Source of the DNA: Dictyostelium discoideum
Taxonomy: Eukaryota
Direction: 5' to 3'
Length of the DNA: 64,000 bases
Assembly (NCBI GenBank): GCA_000004695.1
Contig: CM000151.3
Coordinates: 5,056,001 to 5,120,000, forward strand
Shown: positions 40,698-53,884 of the stretch, in pieces
Layout of the letters: each line of letters starts with the position of its first letter
How positions within the stretch are numbered: position 1 is the stretch's first letter
The notes under the pieces: model-generated
Told to the model about the DNA's origin: nothing
The model's input: the letters and a program-made list of their open reading frames with translations, nothing else
Databases searched by the model: none
Position numbers and translations under genes: made by a program

Positions 40698-43600
40698 TTA
40701 AGGCTTTAATAAATTAGTTGACTCGCCATTAGTTTCGTCATCTTCTTCGTCATCACTACTTTCATCTTCATCAAAATCGTCACTATCATCATAATAATTA
40801 TTATTTAATTCTTCAAAATTTGTTTTTGATTCTTCTTCTAAAATTTTTTCAATTTCTTTTACATTATTATTATTATTTTCATTATTTTCATTATTTTCAT
40901 TATTATTTTCAATATTATTTTCATTATTATTATTAATTTTTGATTTTTTTACAATTTTATCAGTTCTTGATTGTTTTTTATCTTTTTTTGAAAAAATTCC
41001 ACTATCTCTTGAGAAATCATCATCATTATAGATATGATCTTGATTATAGAGGAAATAAGAGTTTGAACCAAAGAGAGTAGTATTTGAATTCTTTCTACCT
41101 TTTTTACCTCTTGAAATGATGTAAAGGTAATGTTGAAGTGAATCAATGATTTGATAACGATAGTTTGAATAGAGGATATAGACAGCATGTAAAAAGAAGA
41201 TAATTGAACTTGAGATTACAATCCATTGTTCAATCGATTGATAGACTGTATTATCGAGATAAACACAACAAATAAAAAGAAGTGATAATGAAGTGAGCTC
41301 TAATCTATTATCAGAGATACGTTTAAATGGTTGATATTTAAGTTGAAGTAATACAGATACTAAACTGACCACTACCAATAGGAAAGATCTTGCTGCCGAT
41401 GTTGGATCCATAGTTGACATTAAAATGATTAACAATCTACGAAGTAATAAAATTACATCCCAAAAGTAAAATGAACTCTTATACTTTAATATAAATACAC
41501 CATAGGTACGTTGAGTGTGTGGGTCATCCAATGATTTACGATTTAAGAATAATAAAATCATAAGAATCAATGGGAAACCAATAATAACAATCAATAGACA
41601 ATAACTGACCATCAATGCTTTATGATATTGGTCAGTATAACAACTAACACCATTATTGGCAATTAACACATAAGCGGATACCCCAACATTTTCACAAAAG
41701 AATAATTCAAATGTTGCTTTACCAATTGGTGTATAAATATTAAGCATTAACTTTATAAATGCACCCAATTGTTGACTAAGGAATGTTTGATTACTTGGTA
41801 TAGCGGTTGCATTATCAATTAGAGTAACTTGTGAACTTAAACTACCAGAGATTGAGGTTTCGATTGATTTACCAAGTATTGAATGTTTTCCACCATCTGC
41901 AATTGTTGAATAACCATCACGAGATAAATCACCATCATTTGTAGTTGTATTAGTAGAATCAAAAGAATCATCATCATCATTTTCTAATAATGGTTGTTGT
42001 TGTTGTTGTTGTTTTCTTAATAAAGATTTTCTTTCTAAACTTTTTTGTAATGATGAATTATTGATTGTACCAGGATCTGATGTAACTATAATTGAAGAAT
42101 AATTTGAAATTGATTTACTTTTTTCAATATCTTCTTGTTCTTTAATGATTTTATTCTTTAATTTTTGAATTAATTTATATCTATAGACTATATAGAAAAA
42201 AACCGTTGAAATAAGTAATACAACAATTAACCATGGAGCTGAAAGTAAGGTGAAATAATGTTGTTGATAATAATCGAATGGACCAGGACAAATACCAAAA
42301 ATACTTGATGAGCCACCTGGTTGAAATTCAAGATTTAGTAAAGCCAAGAAATTGAATTTAACACCAGTTGAAAGTACCATAAGAGTTTGTGCGAAATAAA
42401 TGATAACTGTCATAAGACCAGATTCTGAATCAGAACTTTGTACCAATACGATCATACCAATAGATACTGCAACGATGGCAATGAATAGAATGGGCGATGT
42501 TTTATCACATCTTTTACAACCTTCACCCCAATCATAATAACCAGGATCACATTGAGCACATAATGGACCAAAACTATATGGGGCACACATATCAGATGTA
42601 TTACTACCAATACAATTTACATTTGGACATTCATATAAAACATAGGGTTTATCAGTTTGATTGACATCATACCACCAACCTTCGAATTGATTCACTTTAG
42701 CACCACCTGGACAATAGGCATGAATTGATGGACATTGAACACAGGTTTCACCATTGTAACCATAGGAACCAGTACGACATTCAGTACATTCAATCTTTGT
42801 AGTGGATGGAATTTGACCAGGACTGCATTTCAATACATTACTTACAGTTTGATTCACTGGTAAATTTGGGTTATTACTAAGGAATTCAACATCAACTGTT
42901 GTATTGATCGGACCATAGAGAGTTGTATTTGAAAAAATGGCAATACCATTATAGGTTGAGGTGGAATCAATTGTATTACCAGAAATTTGAAGGAAAATTT
43001 TCACTTCAAAACCAGATACGATTTGACCTTCTTCATCTTTGATATAGATTCTACCAGAGTATGTATCTTGACCTGATCTGAAACTTGAGGGGAAAGGATC
43101 CTCTACATCGATAAGAGCAGCATCGGTTGCAGTATTATTTCCATAGGAAGCAGTATTACCAGAGAAAATGGCATTATTCTTTATGGTTGGACCTGGTGTA
43201 CTACTATAGAAAATAACACCACCACCTCCACTTGCAGAATTATTCTGATAGATACCTCCATCTATGGTAATTAAATTACCAGCGATAGTGGTTGAGATCA
43301 CACCACCTTGTTTAGCGAAATTTCCAATGGCTGTACAATTATCCAATACCACTGAGGAGAATGTAAATATACAACCACCTAAAATACCTGGTGAACGATT
43401 ATTTTGAAAGAGAACATTTTTAAAAGTTGATGTACTACCTTCATATTGTGTAAGAATAGAATTTGTAGAGGTATTTGAAAAATTATCAATAAATTTGGAA
43501 TTGATAACGGTTAAATTCGATTGACTAAGTAAATTTATAATTGTATCTGTATTTGATGAGAAAACACTATTTTCAATTAAAACATTTGAAAGTGGACTAA

Positions 43601-45896
43601 TCATAAGGAATTGAGTGATTGAATTTTCAATTAATGAACCAACAATATGAATCTTTGAGAAAGAAGAATAGAAAAATCCATTTAGATTTGAAAATATTGA
43701 ATCTATAATCTCAACTTGACAATCTTGGAATACATGACTTCCAATGGAAATGTCATCAAATAGTGTCGAGGAAATACTAATTACAGTTTGAGTTGCATAG
43801 AATGAACCTTTAGAATTGGTGATATTTGAATCGAATAATTTAAAACTACCAAAGAATAAATAGATGGTATAATCATTACTTGTATTATAAATGGATGATT
43901 GTGATAATACTAAATCACTATCGGATGAAGAAATTAATGAATTTGTTATACCAATATTTCTTATGATAGTGTTGAAAATATTCACTTTTGATAATTCCAT
44001 AGCGAAAATTGCTGCACCAATATTACCATTTGAATCTTCAATAACTACATTTTGAATGGTAACACTTGAACCTTGACTAATATAAATATTACCACCTGGT
44101 CCACTTTTTAAATTATTTCCTTGGAAATTGGTATTGGAAATATTTGAAGTACTACTGATAATACATAATGCACCATTATTAATACCACCGATATCGCAAT
44201 TGTTAATGGTAGATGATTGTGTACGAGAAAGCATAATTGAGCATAAACTTGCCCCTTCAATTGGTTCAATACCTTGAATATTACTATCTTGCATATTAAA
44301 ATCACTAGTTTCATCCACTAATATATTATATAGATTCTCTGTCATTGTACAATTTACCAATGAAATGGTTGGTGAACCACCAAAACCCAACATTGATATT
44401 GCTGGTCCAAAACTTGCAACTTTAGAACATGAACAATTTTGTACCAAAGTATTCTCTAAAATTAATGCTGCATTACCTCTTGCTGAAATACTACCCCTAT
44501 TTTGACTATCTGCATTACTTGTAAATATACAATTTGAAAAACTTGCAACAACATTTCCCTCTATAAATAATGCTGCTCCACCTGGTGAATTATCTGATGA
44601 ATATGCATATCCAACTGTAATACCTTTAACATTTATATTAATACTTTTTGAATCTGGTGATGATGAACTATCACTACCACTTTCACTACCACTACTACTA
44701 CTACTACTACTACTATCACCACCACTACTACCACCACTACCACTAATTGATGAAGTTATTAAATTTGAAGAGATATCAAAGTAAGATTCCATTTGTCTAA
44801 ATCTTCCTCTTCTTGATGGTGATGTTAAAAATAAATCTTGTGGTTGATTTGAATAAGAAATTTTAAATAAATTTAATTGATATTCACCGGATAGAATACA
44901 TTTAGTTGGATCACCACTTTGTGAAATAATATTGATTGAACGTGAAATTGGTAAGTATGAAGCCAAATTACAATAAGTACCATCTGCTAAATAAATGGTT
45001 CCATTAAAATCCACTGAATTTAATGCTTGTTGAATTGTTGAGAATGGTGCAACTGAAGTACCATTACCATATTTATCGGAACCTTTTGCAACATCAACAT
45101 AAACTTCTTCTGGCATTGTAGCTGCTGGTTTTCTAATGATTACAGAACCAATTCTAAAACCACTTTGTGATGTACCACCACCACCACCACCACCACCTCC
45201 ATTATTAGTGTATGATGTTGTAAATGCGATATTCACTGTTGATGGTAAAAATGATTCCAACGGAACACGTTCAAGATCACCTAATAATAAATTACCATTG
45301 TAGGATGCAACGGGTCTATTATCGACATAAACATTCAATACTGGATTAATATTAGTTTCAAATTGACTACTAAGGAAATATTCTAAATAATATTGTTCAT
45401 TTGGTAGAATTGGTGGTAAACTAACTGTTTGCCATAATGTACTGGTTTGAGTATTTGGATCACTTTCGTTATATAAAAATTGAGCATAATAATAACCTGC
45501 TAATGAATAGGCTGATGAGCCACACATATCATCTGTACAAAAACTAACTGAACTAGTTGCTTTCCATGGTGATGTTGCACTAATATTTGGATGTGAACTT
45601 GCAATTACTGAAAATCCCCAATCACCAACAATTGGTTCTTCCATTTCTAAATTTAATTTTTTAATTTTTTTAACATTAATAAATAAAATTAAAAATTAAA
45701 AATTAAAAATAGAAAATTAAAAATAGAAAATTAAAAAATAAAAAATAAAAAATAAAAAATAAAAAATAAAAAATTAAAAATTACCTGAACAAGTATATTG
45801 TGGTTGTTGTGAAAAAACAACATTTTCATTTAGTAATAATACAATTAACAAAAACAATGTTGTTATAAATTTTGGGTTTAAATTTCTTAAAATCAT
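40698..45896 (-). CDS. Very large membrane protein: signal peptide, right-handed beta-helix (pectin-lyase/PMP-repeat-like) ectodomain, growth-factor-receptor-type Cys-rich module, ~9 TM helices, acidic poly-N tail; 2 exons approx complement(join(40698..45646,45785..45896)), ~1686 aa
   Basis: Exon 1 (MILRNLNPKFITTLFLLIVLLLNENVVFSQQPQYTCS) ends G|GTAATT. The 138-bp intron ends AAATTTAG. The split codon gives E-MEEPIVGDW... in frame with the 1648-aa ORF. The ectodomain repeats are rich in N, G and S (NCTAIGNFAKQGGVIST..., IYQNNSASGGGGVIF). The Cys-rich module reads CSPGQIPSTTKIECTECRTGSYGYNGETCVQCPS...CAQCDPGYYDWGEGCKRCD. Multiple hydrophobic helices follow. Confidence 0.7.
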
Positions 45897-46095
45897 TTTT
45901 TTTTTTTTATTTTTTGATTTTTATTTTTTATTTTTTGTATATCCGGGAAAAAAAAAAAAAAAAAAATTAAAAATAATAAAAAAAATTAAATAATTATTTT
46001 ATTATTTTAAATATTGTAGTTTTTAAAACTACTAGAGATAGTTTTTTGGTCAACCTATTGTTTTAAATAGATATGTTTTAAAGTATTGTTTAATT

Positions 46096-46137
<42 letters not shown>

Positions 46138-46225
46138 GGTTGAGTTTTTCGCAATCAGAAAAAAAAAAAAATAAAATAAAAATAAAAAAAATAAAAATAA
46201 AAATAAAATGCTTATTAAATTTTCG

Positions 46226-46241
46226 AGTGAATACATTCACT
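46226..46241. promoter_or_regulatory. Inverted repeat AGTGAAT-AC-ATTCACT in the divergent promoter between the large membrane-protein gene and the STAT gene
   Basis: 7-bp perfect arms with a 2-nt spacer, sitting in a GC-containing island inside a poly-A region. Confidence 0.25.
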
Positions 46242-46248
46242 TGGTCTC

Positions 46249-46296
<48 letters not shown>

Positions 46297-46750
46297 ACTA
46301 AATTTTAAAATTTTGGCAAATAATTATTTTAAAAATTGATGATTCTTATTTAAATCTAATAAATAAAATCATTGAAAAAGGGTTAACAAAAATAGAAATG
46401 AAATAAAAACAAAGGGTCACTATATTGAAACCGACCAAAAATGTGTTAATTCCAAGAAAATTCAATGTTATTTTAAAAAATTTTATTCAATTTTTTTTTT
46501 TTTTATTTTTAATTTTTTTTTTTTTTTTTTATTTTTTTTATTTTTTTTTTGAAAATATTTTCATTCAAAAATAACTCTTTTATATTTTTATTTATTAAAA
46601 TATACACACATACATATATAAACGGTTAAACAAATAATTTTATTTGTATTTTATTTGTAATATAAATTTTTATTTAATTTTTAATTTTATTTTTTTAAAT
46701 AGTAGTAGTAGCAAAAACAATAATAATAATAATAATAATAAAATAACAAA

Positions 46751-46826
46751 ATGTCTCAAAGGGAATGGACAACAGCATCTACAAGCGATTTAATGTCGAA
46801 TTTATTAAACAATCATAATTCAAATA

Positions 46827-46875
<49 letters not shown>

Positions 46876-46886
46876 TAACAATAATG

Positions 46887-46943
<57 letters not shown>

Positions 46944-48003
46944 GCAATAACCAACCATTATTAAGAAATGCAAGTACAAATATCTTTTTTGGTGACGACT
47001 GGACTAAACAGAATACAGTTGGTTTATTATTAGACCCGTTAAATAGAGGTACAAGTTTTTCAAATTTATTAAAATCACCAACAATATTAGGTGATACACA
47101 ACAATCACAACAACCACAATCTCAACACACCATGCAACAATTATTTGCAAATGACCCAACATATCAACAACATCAACAAGAACAAGAACAACAACATCAA
47201 ATGATGGGAAATACAACATCACCAAAATCATTTAACCCATATGTTGGTTTATCACAACCAATGATTGTAACTAATACTGGTAATTTTAATACAACAACAA
47301 CTACTACAACTACATCAAATAATAATAATAATAATAACAATAACAATAACAATAGTAATAATAACAACAATAATAATAGTATGAATATTAATGCAAATAC
47401 ATATGAAGATGGTGAAGATGAACCAAAAACACCACCAACACCATCAAATGAACCAATTAATTGGGATATGCCAAATTATAGACAAAATACAGCATCATTC
47501 CATGCAGATATTAATATTAACAACACTACAAATTCACACCCAACTACATTATCATCGATGATGAAGAATGAAATACCAACATATAGCGGTCAAGTATCAA
47601 ATGAATATGAACAACCAACTAAATTCCAAAGAATTTCAACCTACAACGAAGAATCATTAAATGATAGACTTAGAGGCGATAACACAGGTAGCATTAATTT
47701 CTTACAAGCTGAAACATCTAAACTCAGATCACGTCAATCCTCACAAGATGATCTCGAAAGAAATAGATCATTCCAAATGACTCATTACGACACTGGTTGT
47801 GTACCAATCAGTACAGATTATTATAATAGTCTATTAACACGTTACAATAATAGACCCGAATTCTTTGAGCGTGCAAAAGAAAATCAAATTCAAGTTATCA
47901 ATAATAATAATGTTCAATTAGCTATTGATCTTCAAAATATTTATACTTCAATGAAAAAAGATATTGATGAAGAAAATAATGAATTAAAAAATTTATTAAC
48001 GTA

Positions 48004-48036
<33 letters not shown>

Positions 48037-49276
48037 AAATTAAATATTCAAATATTTATTATTATTATTTTTTATTTTTTTTATTTTTAGAATAAGAATT
48101 TTAGAACCATATGATTTAAGAAAGATTAGAGAATGTTTAGAAGGATTAAAATCACATCTTAGAATTGTTGATGTATTATATAATGAATTAAAATATGTTT
48201 TGAATAGAAAGAAACCAGAATGTTGTGCAGCATTGATTATAACACAACAACCCTATTCTCAAGTTATTTTTAGAGGAGGAAAAGGTATGGGAGAAATATT
48301 TAAGGTTCAAATGATATTTGGTGTACTTCAACCCGACAATATCTCACCAGTTTATGCAACCATAAACAAGAGTGAGAGCAATCCAAATTCAACAACCAAA
48401 AAGGAAAAACCAACTACTACACCAACATTAGAGAATGCAGAGGCAAGTTTAAACACTCAAACTTGGGAAGCCGAATTTAAGAATATCAAAGTGAACGTAT
48501 CAACTCGTATGACACCATCGAGTTTGAAATTTGTTGCAACCTACAAAGAGAAAACATCTGGTAAAACCGTTGAAAAGGATGTCGAAAGTGTGCCAGGTAG
48601 TCCGATCATTGTTATCACCAATGAGTCACAATGGGCAGAAGCAGCAGGTAAACTTTTAATAGCGGATGCATTTGCACATCGTGATGAAATCACATGGGAA
48701 ATGTTTGCAAATGTACTTCATAGTCACATTTTAACAGCAACTCATCAAACTTCAGAGATTAAAAGAAAACTTCATTCTTGGGAATTTGAATATATTCAAA
48801 AGAATTATTTCGATGGTAAGGTTACAGTTAGCAAATCAGAGTGTAAAACATTTTGGGATCGTTTTGGTCCAATCCTTCAAACTATTCATTTCAAAAGACA
48901 TATTGAACCATTATGGTATAGCGGTTTAATCTATGGTTTAATCACAAAGAGCGAATGTAATAGTTATTTAACAACACTCCCCGAGGGTTCTTTCCTCATT
49001 CGTTTTAGTGATAGTGTACCAGGTGCATTTGCTGTTGCTTATGTAACAAACGATGAAAGTGACCGTGTTAAACATTATCTAGTCAAACCTGATGATATTG
49101 GTGCAAATAAAACTTTACCAGACTTTCTTCGTGAACGTCATCAATTTAAAACACTTTATCAAGTTGATCCTTCAAAGAGATCTTTACATCCAAAATCAAA
49201 AGATGCAGAGTTAGAACCTTATTATTCAAAAAGACTTAAACAACAACAAACTAACCCTGGTTATGTTTCTTTATAA
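46751..49276 (+). CDS. STAT-family transcription factor (Dictyostelium dst-type STAT; DNA-binding + SH2 domains); 2 exons approx join(46751..48000,48091..49276), ~811 aa
   Basis: The SH2 domain is clear (WYSGLIYGLITKSECNSYLTTLPEGSFLIRFSDSVPGAFAVAYV...VKHYLV). The STAT DNA-binding and linker region lies upstream (CAALIITQQPYSQVIFRGG..., LLIADAFAHRDEITWEMFANVL). The N-terminal half is poly-N/Q-rich. The intron runs AC|GTATGT to TTTTTAG and gives T-IRILEPYDLRKIRE.... The C-terminus has candidate Tyr sites (EPYYSKR...GYVSL). Confidence 0.8.
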
Positions 49277-49557
49277 AAATAAAATAAAATAAAATAAATA
49301 AATAATTTTTTTTAAATAAATAAAAAATTATAATTATCAATAGAAAATTAATCTATCAAGTTTTAACAACAAATACTTCATTAATTTTAAGATATTTGTC
49401 TCTATCCATCATTCATAATATAAACACACACTTTTAATTGTTTATTTTTAAAAGTGAAAATATTTCAAGTCCCACACAAAAAATTTTCATTTTTCATTTT
49501 TCATTTTTCATTTTTTTTTTTTTTTTCTTTCAAATAAAAAAAAAAAAGTTTAATTAA

Positions 49558-50884
49558 ATGTCAGAAATAGATACAAATGATATAAAAAAAGAGATGGATA
49601 ATAAAAATTATAGGGATCCTACAGATAATAAGGAATTATTAAAATGGACTAAAAAAAAAAGAAAAAGATCAAATGATTCAATGCATATTAATAATTTTTA
49701 CAGATATAATCCACCAAATTTTAAATTATTAGCAAGTAAATACCCAACCTTTGATAAATAGTATGATAAGTTTTTCAAATAGTCATTTTATAAAACCAAT
49801 TAGATCATCGCTCTTATTGTTAATTCATTTTTAATAATAATAATTATAATACTAATAAAAAAAATAAAAAAAGTATAATAAATAAAACGGAAAAAATTTA
49901 TAATATAGATTGGAAGGATTCAAATGCAACTAAAGAATTAACAAGAGTATTACTTGATCATGATTTTGGTTTAAGAATTGAATTACCTGATAATTATCTT
50001 TGCCCAACTTTAACTTTAAGAATTAATTATTTATATTGGATTTCTGATCAATTAAAAAATTTAAAAATAATATTAAATGATAATGATAATGATAATAAAA
50101 TAATAAAAGGAATTGATATGTATGTATTTAATAAAATAGTAATAACATAACATTTTTATTTTATTTTATTTTATTTTATTTTATTTTATTTTATTTTATT
50201 TTATTTTATTTTAACTAATATAAATAAAAAAGAGGTACTGGTACTTCATGTATATTTCCACTATTAGGTGCAAAGTTATTTAATAATTGGTCATTCATTG
50301 GAATTGATATAGATGATAAAGTATTAGAATATGCTCAAAATAATATTACTATAAATTCTCTAAATTCAAAAATAACATTATTTAAAAATGAAAAGAATAG
50401 TGATATATTATTAAAATTATTAAATTATAAAGAGGGGAGTAATACTTTTAATTCTAGTAATGATGATCATCAAGATAATCATGATGATGATGATGATGAT
50501 GAGGAATACTTTGCAGATTTTTGTTTATGTAATCCACCATTTTTTAAAGATTTAAATGAAAATAATAATAATAAAAATAATAATCCAAAATCAAATTGTA
50601 CAGGATCAGTAAATGAAATGGTTACAGATGGCGGGGAATTTGAATTTGTAAAAAGAATAATTAAAGAATCATTTCAATTGAAATGTAAAATTCGATTTTA
50701 TACAACAATGATTGGTAGAAAAGTTAACCTAAATCCATTAATCAATATATTAATTAAACAATATTATTTACCAAAAAATCAAATACAAACTACTGAATTA
50801 GTTCAAGGTAATACATCAAGATGGGTATTATCTTGGTACTTTTTAAATAAATCTACAAATTTAGAAACTAAAGAAAATAATAAT

Positions 50885-50921
<37 letters not shown>

Positions 50922-51005
50922 TTAATAATAATAATCAATTTTTAACAAGAATGGAGAGAAGAAAATTATATAGAGAGGGGATAACATTGAATTTGGATAG
51001 TGATG

Positions 51006-51092
<87 letters not shown>

Positions 51093-51298
51093 TTGTAGAA
51101 ATTATAAAATTAATATTAGATAATAATGATATAATTTATAAAACAGATGAAAATAATATAAAATATGAATGCAAATATTTATTAAATAATGTTATAGTTG
51201 GTTCATCAATTAAATTGGATAGAGATATTGAATTTTTATTTACAATTTTTATAGATTTAACTACAAGATTGATATTGTTTAAACCAATTGACCCCAAA

Positions 51299-51393
<95 letters not shown>

Positions 51394-51490
51394 TAATAAT
51401 AATAGTTGTGATGGAGAAATTATTAATTCAAATTTATTTTTTATTTTAAAATTTTTGGAAAATATTAAAAATGAAATTAAATTAAAATAA
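49558..51490 (+). CDS. METTL16-like RNA N6-adenosine methyltransferase; 3 exons approx join(49558..49760,49874..50119,50233..51490)
   Basis: Aligns with METTL16: NFKLLASKYPTFDK, then (junction TA|GTATGA...AAAAAAG) YIINKTEKIYNIDWKDSNATKELTRVLLDHDFGLRIELP. Then (AT|GTATGT...AAAAAAG) IGTGTSCIFPLLGA, FCLCNPPFF (the NPPF catalytic motif), MVTDGGEFEFVKRIIKES and RWVLSWYF. There are large poly-N inserts. Confidence 0.8.
50155..50213. repeat. (TTTTA)n pentanucleotide microsatellite in intron 2 of the METTL16-like gene
   Basis: About 11 tandem TTTTA units. Confidence 0.8.
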
Positions 51491-51774
51491 ACAAATAAAT
51501 ATATAAATTATTTTTTTTTATAAATTACCTTTTTTATTATCATTTTTTTATTTTTTTCTTTATTTCTTTGGTTAAAATGTAAATAATAATAGAAAAATAA
51601 ATAATTATAATTATAACTATCACTATAATTTTGGACTTTTTTTTTTTTATTTTTTAGATTTTTTTTTTTTTTATTTTTTTTTTTTATTTTTTTTTTTTTT
51701 CTACCCACACCACAGATACACAATTATTCATAATTTTAAAGGAAAAATTAATTAATTGAAGATCTCTCAATAAA

Positions 51775-52935
51775 ATGGATAGACGTGATTATAGTAAGGA
51801 AAAATACAAATATGGAGATAATGATAAAGATAGGCGTTTTTCAAATGATAAAATAAGACATAATTTCGACGAATTTACGATGCCCTCGAATGATCGTAGA
51901 GATAGAGATAAAGACATAGATAGGTACAGAGATCGATATAGAGATAGAGATAGATATAGAGATAGAGATAGAGATAGAGATAGAGATAGAGATAGAGAAA
52001 GAGAAAGAGAAAGAGAAAGAGAAAGAGAAAGATCACGGTCACCAAATAGGAATTATAGTAGAAATAACAATAGTAGTAGTTATAATAGTAATAATAGTAG
52101 CAGTAGCTTTGATGACGGGTATAAATATAGAGATATGGATAGGGAAAGAGATAAATACAGAGAAAATAAAAGATTTGATAGTTCAAGAAATAATGAAGAT
52201 CATAGGTCATCGATTAGGCCGCTATCTTATGATGGATATGATGATGATGATTATGGACGTTCAAAGAGGAATAAAACTGAACAATATTTAAAAGAAATGG
52301 TAGCTTCAAATGGTAATCAAAAGAGAGAAAGATTAGAGGATAGTATACCTGATTTACCAGAGAATAGAGAGGCAAGAGAATTCTTAAGAAATGCTCCAAC
52401 TAAAGGTTTACATCAACCATTAGGAAAAGAAGTTAAAGTTATGCAATGTTGGAAATGTAAATTCTATGGTCATAGAGCAATAGAATGTACTCAAACTAAT
52501 CCAATTGCTGAATATGAAAAATTAAAAAGAGAAGATCCAATGATTCAATATAATGATCATGATGATTTTGGTTTTAATAATAATAAAAACAATAATATAA
52601 ATAATAATAATAATAATAATAATAATAATTTTATTCATAAAGATAGAATTAATAAAATAAATAATACTAATGATGAGAATAATGATAATAATAATAAAAT
52701 GAATAAAAGACAAAAAAAATTAAAACAGCTTCAAGAATTATTAGCAAGAGCAGAGGAAAATGAGAGAAAAAGGAAAGAGAAGAAAAGAAAAAGAAAAGAA
52801 AAGAAAAAAATCAAAGCCAGTAAAAAATCTCATCATCGTCATAGTAGCGATAGTGATAGTAGTGGTGGTGGTAGTAGTGATAGTGATAGTGATCTCAGCA
52901 AAGACGAGAGTTATTCAAGTAATGAAAGTGAATAA
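51775..52935 (+). CDS. RD/RE/RS-dipeptide-repeat protein with CCHC zinc knuckle (putative RNA-binding, SREK1IP1/ZCCHC10-like)
   Basis: Contains the repeats (RD)n(RE)n RSRSP, then a CCHC knuckle (CWKCKFYGHRAIEC), a basic K/R/E-rich coiled region and an SDSDSS tail. Single exon. Confidence 0.65.
   Translation: MDRRDYSKEKYKYGDNDKDRRFSNDKIRHNFDEFTMPSNDRRDRDKDIDRYRDRYRDRDRYRDRDRDRDRDRDRERERERERERERSRSPNRNYSRNNNSSSYNSNNSSSSFDDGYKYRDMDRERDKYRENKRFDSSRNNEDHRSSIRPLSYDGYDDDDYGRSKRNKTEQYLKEMVASNGNQKRERLEDSIPDLPENREAREFLRNAPTKGLHQPLGKEVKVMQCWKCKFYGHRAIECTQTNPIAEYEKLKREDPMIQYNDHDDFGFNNNKNNNINNNNNNNNNNFIHKDRINKINNTNDENNDNNNKMNKRQKKLKQLQELLARAEENERKRKEKKRKRKEKKKIKASKKSHHRHSSDSDSSGGGSSDSDSDLSKDESYSSNESE
51941..52032 (+). 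repeat. Coding (GATAGA/GAGAGA/GAAAGA)n hexanucleotide repeat encoding RDRDRD...RERERE
   Basis: Purine-strand tandem repeat inside CDS 51775..52935. Confidence 0.8.
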
Positions 52936-52982
<47 letters not shown>

Positions 52983-53271
52983 CCTTTGACCAAAAAAAAA
53001 AAAAGTGAAAGCGAAAGTAAAAGTAAGAGTAAGATTTTAATTAATTGTTTTTTAATTTTTATTATTATTTTTTAATTTTTAATTTTTTTTTTTTTTGTAA
53101 TGGTTATATATTGGCCCTTTGCCTGGTATATTTTATTTTTTTTATTTTTTTATTTTTTTTTATATTTTTATATTTTTTATATTTTTGCATATTAAAAAAG
53201 TAAAATATAATAATTTTTTAAAATTTTTCCATGCTACTCACAGCATAATATCATGTTAATTTTTGTGATAT

Positions 53272-53285
53272 TATTGACGTCAATA
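53272..53285. promoter_or_regulatory. Perfect 14-bp palindrome TATTGACGTCAATA containing a CRE-type bZIP site (TGACGTCA), intergenic, about 1.2 kb upstream of the PKS start
   Basis: Exact palindrome, flanked by direct GATATT repeats. Confidence 0.3.
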
Positions 53286-53511
53286 AAATTGATATTTTCA
53301 GATTCGCTTGATTAAAAATAAAAAAAATAAAAATAAAAAAAATAAAAATATTGGGATTTTTTTTTATGTTTCCCAACAGTTTTTTAAAAATTTTAAAGAC
53401 ACCACACCTTTTCCCAATAGAATTTTTGATTTTTTCCAAAAAAACAAAAAAAAAAAAAAAAAAAAAAACCAGTCATAACCCCTATTGTATGAATATTTGT
53501 GCTAGAATATG

Positions 53512-53550
<39 letters not shown>

Positions 53551-53824
53551 AAAACAAAAATAATTAATAAATAATTTGGTGAAGGGATTTTTGATAGGAA
53601 TTCGGTAGTTTCCAAAATGTTTTATCAAAAAAAAAATAAAATAAAATAAAAAAAAATTAATTAATTTCATTGGTTAGTAGTTTCTTCATTATTATTTTTT
53701 TTTTTTTTTTTTTTTTTTAATTGTTGGTAAAAAATTGATTCCCCAAAAAAAAAAAAAATTAAAAATAAAAAGTGTTAGGGAAATCTGTTTGTTTTATTTA
53801 GTTTAATAGTATGTATACAATGGG

Positions 53825-53884
<60 letters not shown>

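Noticed and set aside
49557-49761. 1-nt discrepancy between my hand count and the ORF-track start for the METTL16 first exon (and similarly at 35010 and 48043)
   Set aside because: The ORF-track coordinates are computed, so my hand-derived splice coordinates are quoted as approximate rather than trusted over the track.
51941-52032. CRISPR-like periodicity of GAGATA/GAGAGA repeats
   Set aside because: The period is 6 nt with no spacers. It lies inside a eukaryotic CDS and encodes an RD/RE dipeptide repeat.
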